The position numbers and the translations under genes were made by a program. Positions 60,026 through 64,000 of a stretch of DNA of 64,000 nt are shown in pieces (position 1 is the first letter of the stretch; every line of letters starts with the position of its first letter). The stretch is taken from positions 63,837 through 127,836 of the forward strand of contig QCJK01000004.1 of NCBI GenBank assembly GCA_003216075.1, read 5' to 3'. Under the pieces are notes generated by a model. The model was not told the origin of the DNA. It did no database searches and was given only the letters and a program-made list of their open reading frames with translations. The stretch comes from Prochlorococcus sp. AG-409-B05. Its GTDB lineage: Bacteria; Cyanobacteriota; Cyanobacteriia; PCC-6307; Cyanobiaceae.

Positions 60026-60328
60026 ATGCTTAATTTCCTTCTTGGCACCCATGAATTCCTGGGAAATCATACTTTTCCTGAGTTTTTAATTGGTTACATT
60101 TTTGGTGCAGCCTTAATTATTGGAGCGCCAACAGTCTTTCTCATAATGACTTTTACTAGTGCACTCATGAAGACGAATGGGAAGATGGGTGGCTATAGAG
60201 AGTTTGAAACCTACGGCAAATCATCTCTTAATAATGCCCCACCATTCCTGCTCCCTGATCCTACAAGCTCTCAGAATAATATTAGAAATATCAACCAAAG
60301 AAACACAGGCAGAAGAAGAATTGCCTAG
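60026..60328 (+). CDS. Hypothetical membrane protein (100 aa)
   Basis: ORF with one clear TM helix (IGYIFGAALIIGAPTVFLIMTF) and a basic tail. No family recognised. Confidence 0.4.
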   Translation: MLNFLLGTHEFLGNHTFPEFLIGYIFGAALIIGAPTVFLIMTFTSALMKTNGKMGGYREFETYGKSSLNNAPPFLLPDPTSSQNNIRNINQRNTGRRRIA

Positions 60329-60756
60329 ATTTTAGCTTCCAAATTTCATTATAGGATTTACTCAATATTTTTCATAAATAGAATTAATTTAGCTTTTCTT
60401 GTTTTTTTAGCATTAACTATAAATTTTTCAAGTTAACCATTGAACATTAGCAATGTAAAAACAAGCACAATCTGTTACCTAAAGAGTATATATTATAATT
60501 TCAATAACTATTTCTTCTAAACAAAGCTATAAAGGATTAAGCCCAAACAACTAAGTAATACGAATCATTATTTCTTGAATTCATCCTAAACCTCTTGTAA
60601 TTCATTTAATCTTCTCACAAACTCTTAGGCTATAAGAAGCAATATCTAGTCTTTCTGGAAAGTCCCGAAACCATTAAAAGCTCCACTCTCAATCCTCCGC
60701 CGCCAATTCATATTGATGGTAGTCCAAAGAGCGTCGAGCCTCCAAATGATGTCGAA

Positions 60757-61461
60757 ATGCCCTTGACGGACCACCTTGAGGAATTACGTCAAAGAGTATT
60801 TCGCAGCCTTGCCGCAATAGTGATTGCGGCTTTAGCAAGCCTTTTGTTTGTCAAACCATTAGTCAAAACTTTAGAAGCCCCCGCAAATTCAATACATTTC
60901 TTGCAAGTAGCGCCTGGAGAATTTCTATTCGCATCAATAAAAGTTGCTGGATACGCTGGCCTCACTATTGCCCTGCCCTATATCCTTTACCAAGGCCTTG
61001 CTTTTGTTTTACCAGGACTTACTTCAAAAGAAAGGCGCCTAATCGCTCCAGCAGTTGCTGGCTCAGCAATACTTTTTATTGGAGGACTGATATTTGCATG
61101 GTGGGCTCTAGTCCCGGCAGCTCTTAATTTCTTAATCAACTATGGATCTGATGTAGTTGAACCACTTTGGTCAATTGAACGGTACTTAGACTTTGTACTT
61201 CTTCTTATGTTGGCAACAGGATTAGCCTTTCAGCTACCAGTACTACAAATGCTCTTAGGAGCATTTGGCCTCGTTCAGTGGAGAAAAATGCTTAAAGCAT
61301 GGAGATGGGTAGTGATGAGTGCTGCATTAGCAGGGGCTGTCCTAACGCCCTCAACCGACCCGATAACAATGCTTTTATTAGCCGTTGCGATAACAGCCCT
61401 TTTCCTCGTAGGTGTCGTATTAGTTGCACTCACTGACCAATTCAGAGAACAAGTTTCCTAG
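60757..61461 (+). CDS. tatC: Twin-arginine translocase subunit TatC
   Basis: The canonical N-terminus MPLTDHLEELRQR, six TM segments, and a P..GL...E.R motif (LPGLTSKERR). Confidence 0.9.
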   Translation: MPLTDHLEELRQRVFRSLAAIVIAALASLLFVKPLVKTLEAPANSIHFLQVAPGEFLFASIKVAGYAGLTIALPYILYQGLAFVLPGLTSKERRLIAPAVAGSAILFIGGLIFAWWALVPAALNFLINYGSDVVEPLWSIERYLDFVLLLMLATGLAFQLPVLQMLLGAFGLVQWRKMLKAWRWVVMSAALAGAVLTPSTDPITMLLLAVAITALFLVGVVLVALTDQFREQVS

Positions 61462-61870
61462 TAGCATTACTAAACCAAATAATCAACAACTGATTACTTC
61501 ATCTGAGTAATGGAATAAATGATTCACTTGTGATTTATAAGTAAAAAAATGACTAATCCTCTCTATTCTTCCAAAAAAAGTAGGGAATTTATTTCACCTC
61601 AACTAAATATGCCTCTATCTCCTAGTCTGAAGGGAATGATCAAGGCAAAAAAACCATTTTCATCTAACAACAAATTACAAGTGAGCCAATGGGATTCTCA
61701 TCAGATGTGATGGCTCTATCAAGCTAAACAACGATGAATACTGAATCAAGCGCAAGCAAACTCAAATAAATAAAATCTACTGGGTATCAAAGCCCCAGTT
61801 TTTGCAAAGCAATGCTGGCCCTTCACAGTCCATAATGGCCTTAAGTGTGCCCAGAGGACGATCATCTCTA

Positions 61871-62407
61871 ATGACACAAATGACCTCTATTGATGTGCCC
61901 TCAATGGGTCGGAGGCAGTTCATGAATCTGCTGACCTTCGGAACGGTCACTGGAGTTGCATTAGGCGCCCTTTACCCTGTGGCTAGTTATTTCACACCAC
62001 TTAGAGCAGGGGGAAGTGGAGGTGGTACAACTGCAAAGGATGCTCTTGGAAACCCTGTCACCGCTTCTGGGTGGCTATCCAATCACCCCGTAGGTGATCG
62101 AAGCCTTGTTCAAGGGCTAAAAGGAGATCCCACATACCTAATTGTTGAAGGTACTGATTCAATTGAAAGTTATGGAATTAATGCGATTTGCACTCATCTC
62201 GGATGTGTAGTCCCCTGGAACAATGGGGCCAACAAATTTGTATGTCCATGTCACGGCAGTCAATATGACTCAACTGGCAAAGTTGTTAGAGGACCGGCAC
62301 CTCTTTCTCTTGCTATAGCCCATGTCTCAGTAGAAGACGATAACGTTCTAATAAGTCAGTGGACTGAGACAGATTTCCGAACTGGCAATAAACCCTGGTG
62401 GGGTTGA
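61871..62407 (+). CDS. petC: Cytochrome b6-f complex Rieske iron-sulfur subunit
   Basis: RRQFMNLL Tat-like anchor and the Rieske boxes CTHLGCV and CPCHGSQY. Start set at ATG 61871 (178 aa). Confidence 0.95.
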   Translation: MTQMTSIDVPSMGRRQFMNLLTFGTVTGVALGALYPVASYFTPLRAGGSGGGTTAKDALGNPVTASGWLSNHPVGDRSLVQGLKGDPTYLIVEGTDSIESYGINAICTHLGCVVPWNNGANKFVCPCHGSQYDSTGKVVRGPAPLSLAIAHVSVEDDNVLISQWTETDFRTGNKPWWG

Positions 62408-62460
62408 GCCACAACACTTCTTTAAATTCCGCCCAAATTCACTCGCCTCAATCATCACAA

Positions 62461-63393
62461 ATGCGACGTCTAATAACAAACCTCTGTTTTTCAATATTTC
62501 TTGCTATTGCCTTGATAGTGGCTCCTTCGGCTAGCTGGGCATATCCATTTTGGGCTCAACAAAACTATGAAAATCCTCGAGAAGCGACAGGGAAAATTGT
62601 TTGCGCGAATTGTCACTTGGCTCAAATGAAAACTCAAGCTGAGGTGCCCCAATCCGTTGGAGCGGATAGTGTTTTCAAGGCCACAGTAAAGATCCCTTAT
62701 AAAGCAAATACTCAAGAGATAGGAGCAGATGGAAGTGAAGTTCCACTTCAAGTTGGGGCTTTAGTTATGTTGCCTGATGGATTCAAACTTGCTCCGCAGG
62801 ACAGATGGACTGATGAAATCAAAGATGAGACTCAAGGAGTATTCTTCACTCAATACAGTGAGGATCAAGACAACATAATTCTTGTTGGCCCTTTACCTGG
62901 TGATCAAAATCAAGAAATAGTCTTCCCTATACTTTCTCCCGACCCTCACAAAGATAAAAGCATTCATTTCGGTAAATATTCAATCCATGTTGGTGGAAAT
63001 AGAGGGAGAGGACAAGTTTACCCAACAGGGGAAAAAAGCAACAATAACTTCTTCGCAGCATCCAAAGGAGGAACAATAATATCTATCGATACTGGTGAAA
63101 ATGGTTCAAGAGTAATAACCTTAAAACCAGAAAATGAAGATTCAATTATTGAAACCATTCCCACTGGTCCAAGTCTTGTTGTAAAAGAAGGAGACAAGGT
63201 TGAGAGTGGGCAAAGATTAACCAATGACCCAAATGTTGGTGGTTTTGGTCAACTAGATACCGAAGTAGTGCTTCAAGACCCCTTAAGAGTAATTGGACTA
63301 TTAGTATTCTTTGCTGGAGTAACTCTTTCTCAAATTCTGCTTGTCCTCAAAAAAAGACAAGTAGAAAAAGTTCAAGCAGCAGAAGGTTTATAA
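62461..63393 (+). CDS. petA: Apocytochrome f
   Basis: Signal peptide ending ...SASWA, then the mature N-terminus [27 protein letters not shown] (CxxCH heme site) and a C-terminal TM anchor. Start set at ATG 62461. Confidence 0.95.
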   Translation: MRRLITNLCFSIFLAIALIVAPSASWAYPFWAQQNYENPREATGKIVCANCHLAQMKTQAEVPQSVGADSVFKATVKIPYKANTQEIGADGSEVPLQVGALVMLPDGFKLAPQDRWTDEIKDETQGVFFTQYSEDQDNIILVGPLPGDQNQEIVFPILSPDPHKDKSIHFGKYSIHVGGNRGRGQVYPTGEKSNNNFFAASKGGTIISIDTGENGSRVITLKPENEDSIIETIPTGPSLVVKEGDKVESGQRLTNDPNVGGFGQLDTEVVLQDPLRVIGLLVFFAGVTLSQILLVLKKRQVEKVQAAEGL

Positions 63394-63433
63394 ACAATTA
63401 ATCCCAACTGTGGGTTCTTCCAAGTCAAAGTAA

Positions 63434-64000
63434 ATGGAAGCCTTAATTGCTACATTAAGATCACCTGGCCCTAATCTTTTCGAGATTGGTCCACTAGTTT
63501 TGAGATGGTATGGACTGCTTATTGCTGCATCAGTACTTATTGGCCTAAATCTTTCAAGCGCACTTGCTATTCAAAGAGGCTTAAAGTATGGAATCATTAA
63601 TGACCTATTACCTATACTTGTATTATCATCAATTGTAGGGGCTCGCTCTTACTATGTTGCTTTCCAGTGGGCAGATTATAAATACAATCTGATAAGCACT
63701 TTAGCAATATGGAAAGGGGGGATTGCTATTCACGGAGCCATAATTGGAGGTACTATTTCATTACTTATGTACTGCAGATTCAGGAATCAACCCTTTTGGG
63801 ATATTTTGGATGTTTTAGTTCCCTCATTGGCGCTCGGCCAAGCTATTGGCCGATGGGGGAATTTCTTCAACAATGAAGCATTTGGTCTTCCAACAGAACT
63901 TCCATGGAAACTTGCAATTCCATATATTTATCGACCTGAAGCATTTGCCAGTGATCAATATTTCCATCCAACTTTTCTTTACGAGTCTGTATGGAACCTC
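63434..64000 (+). CDS. lgt: Prolipoprotein diacylglyceryl transferase, 3' end cut by the window edge
   Basis: My manual translation from ATG 63434 stays open to nt 64000: ...[11 protein letters not shown]..., [29 protein letters not shown] (the Lgt signature). It is not in the ORF track because no stop is reached. Confidence 0.9.
   Translation, partial: MEALIATLRSPGPNLFEIGPLVLRWYGLLIAASVLIGLNLSSALAIQRGLKYGIINDLLPILVLSSIVGARSYYVAFQWADYKYNLISTLAIWKGGIAIHGAIIGGTISLLMYCRFRNQPFWDILDVLVPSLALGQAIGRWGNFFNNEAFGLPTELPWKLAIPYIYRPEAFASDQYFHPTFLYESVWNL

Noticed and set aside
60610-60756. 49 stop-free codons in frame upstream of the tatC ATG (…NPPPPIHIDGSPKSVEPPNDVE-MPLTDH…), suggesting a longer TatC.
   Set aside because: There is no ATG/GTG/TTG in that stretch, only CTG/ATT. 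The ATG at 60757 gives the canonical TatC N-terminus (M..T.HL.ELR). This might deserve a check for a non-canonical start, but it cannot be supported from the sequence alone.
61549-61710. 53-codon ORF (MTNPLYSSKKSREF…) in the tatC-petC spacer.
   Set aside because: It is hydrophilic and low-complexity with no motif, TM helix or coupling signal. The region is more likely the petCA promoter/leader.

Overview
This 64 kb window is an AT-rich, densely packed stretch of cyanobacterial core chromosome. The gene content (psaF-psaJ, petC-petA, psb27, a one-helix HLIP, hemC/hemL, a group-1 sigma factor), the short spacers and the frequent non-ATG starts suggest a marine picocyanobacterium, probably Prochlorococcus; this is inference only.

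I can support about 70 protein-coding genes, almost all housekeeping:
- Translation: pyrH, frr, proS, gltX, rplS, map, tsaD.
- Nucleotide and amino-acid metabolism: purA, argB, gmk, tal, and two ppa paralogs.
- Tetrapyrrole and cobalamin synthesis: hemC, hemL, cobO, cobK.
- Cell envelope: ftsI, lepB, lgt, wecB, tatC.
- Replication and repair: priA, ssb, xthA.
- Photosynthesis genes as listed above.

There are two tRNA genes (Trp-CCA, Asp-GTC) and several very long perfect inverted repeats in gene-end spacers. I see no rRNA, CRISPR array, IS element or obvious prophage. The only mobile-element-type gene is a tyrosine recombinase cut by the left window edge.

I did not find a convincing multi-gene novel system. 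The best leads are:
1. A roughly 55% G+C, hairpin-containing island in the divergent priA/rpoD spacer. It is either an unannotated 57-codon ORF coupled to priA through a GTGA overlap, or a structured RNA.
2. A COG0523 metallochaperone carrying a CATGAC microsatellite that encodes an (HD)n tract, inside a loosely metal-themed neighbourhood.
3. A translationally coupled LarC / UPF0104 membrane-protein pair, with no other lar genes in the window.
4. A same-strand run of orphan Pta-N-terminal (DRTGG) protein, standalone DprA-like Rossmann protein and YajQ.
5. A 31-bp palindrome overlapping a -10 box upstream of a small ORF.

All functional calls come from motif recognition by eye. No database search was run.
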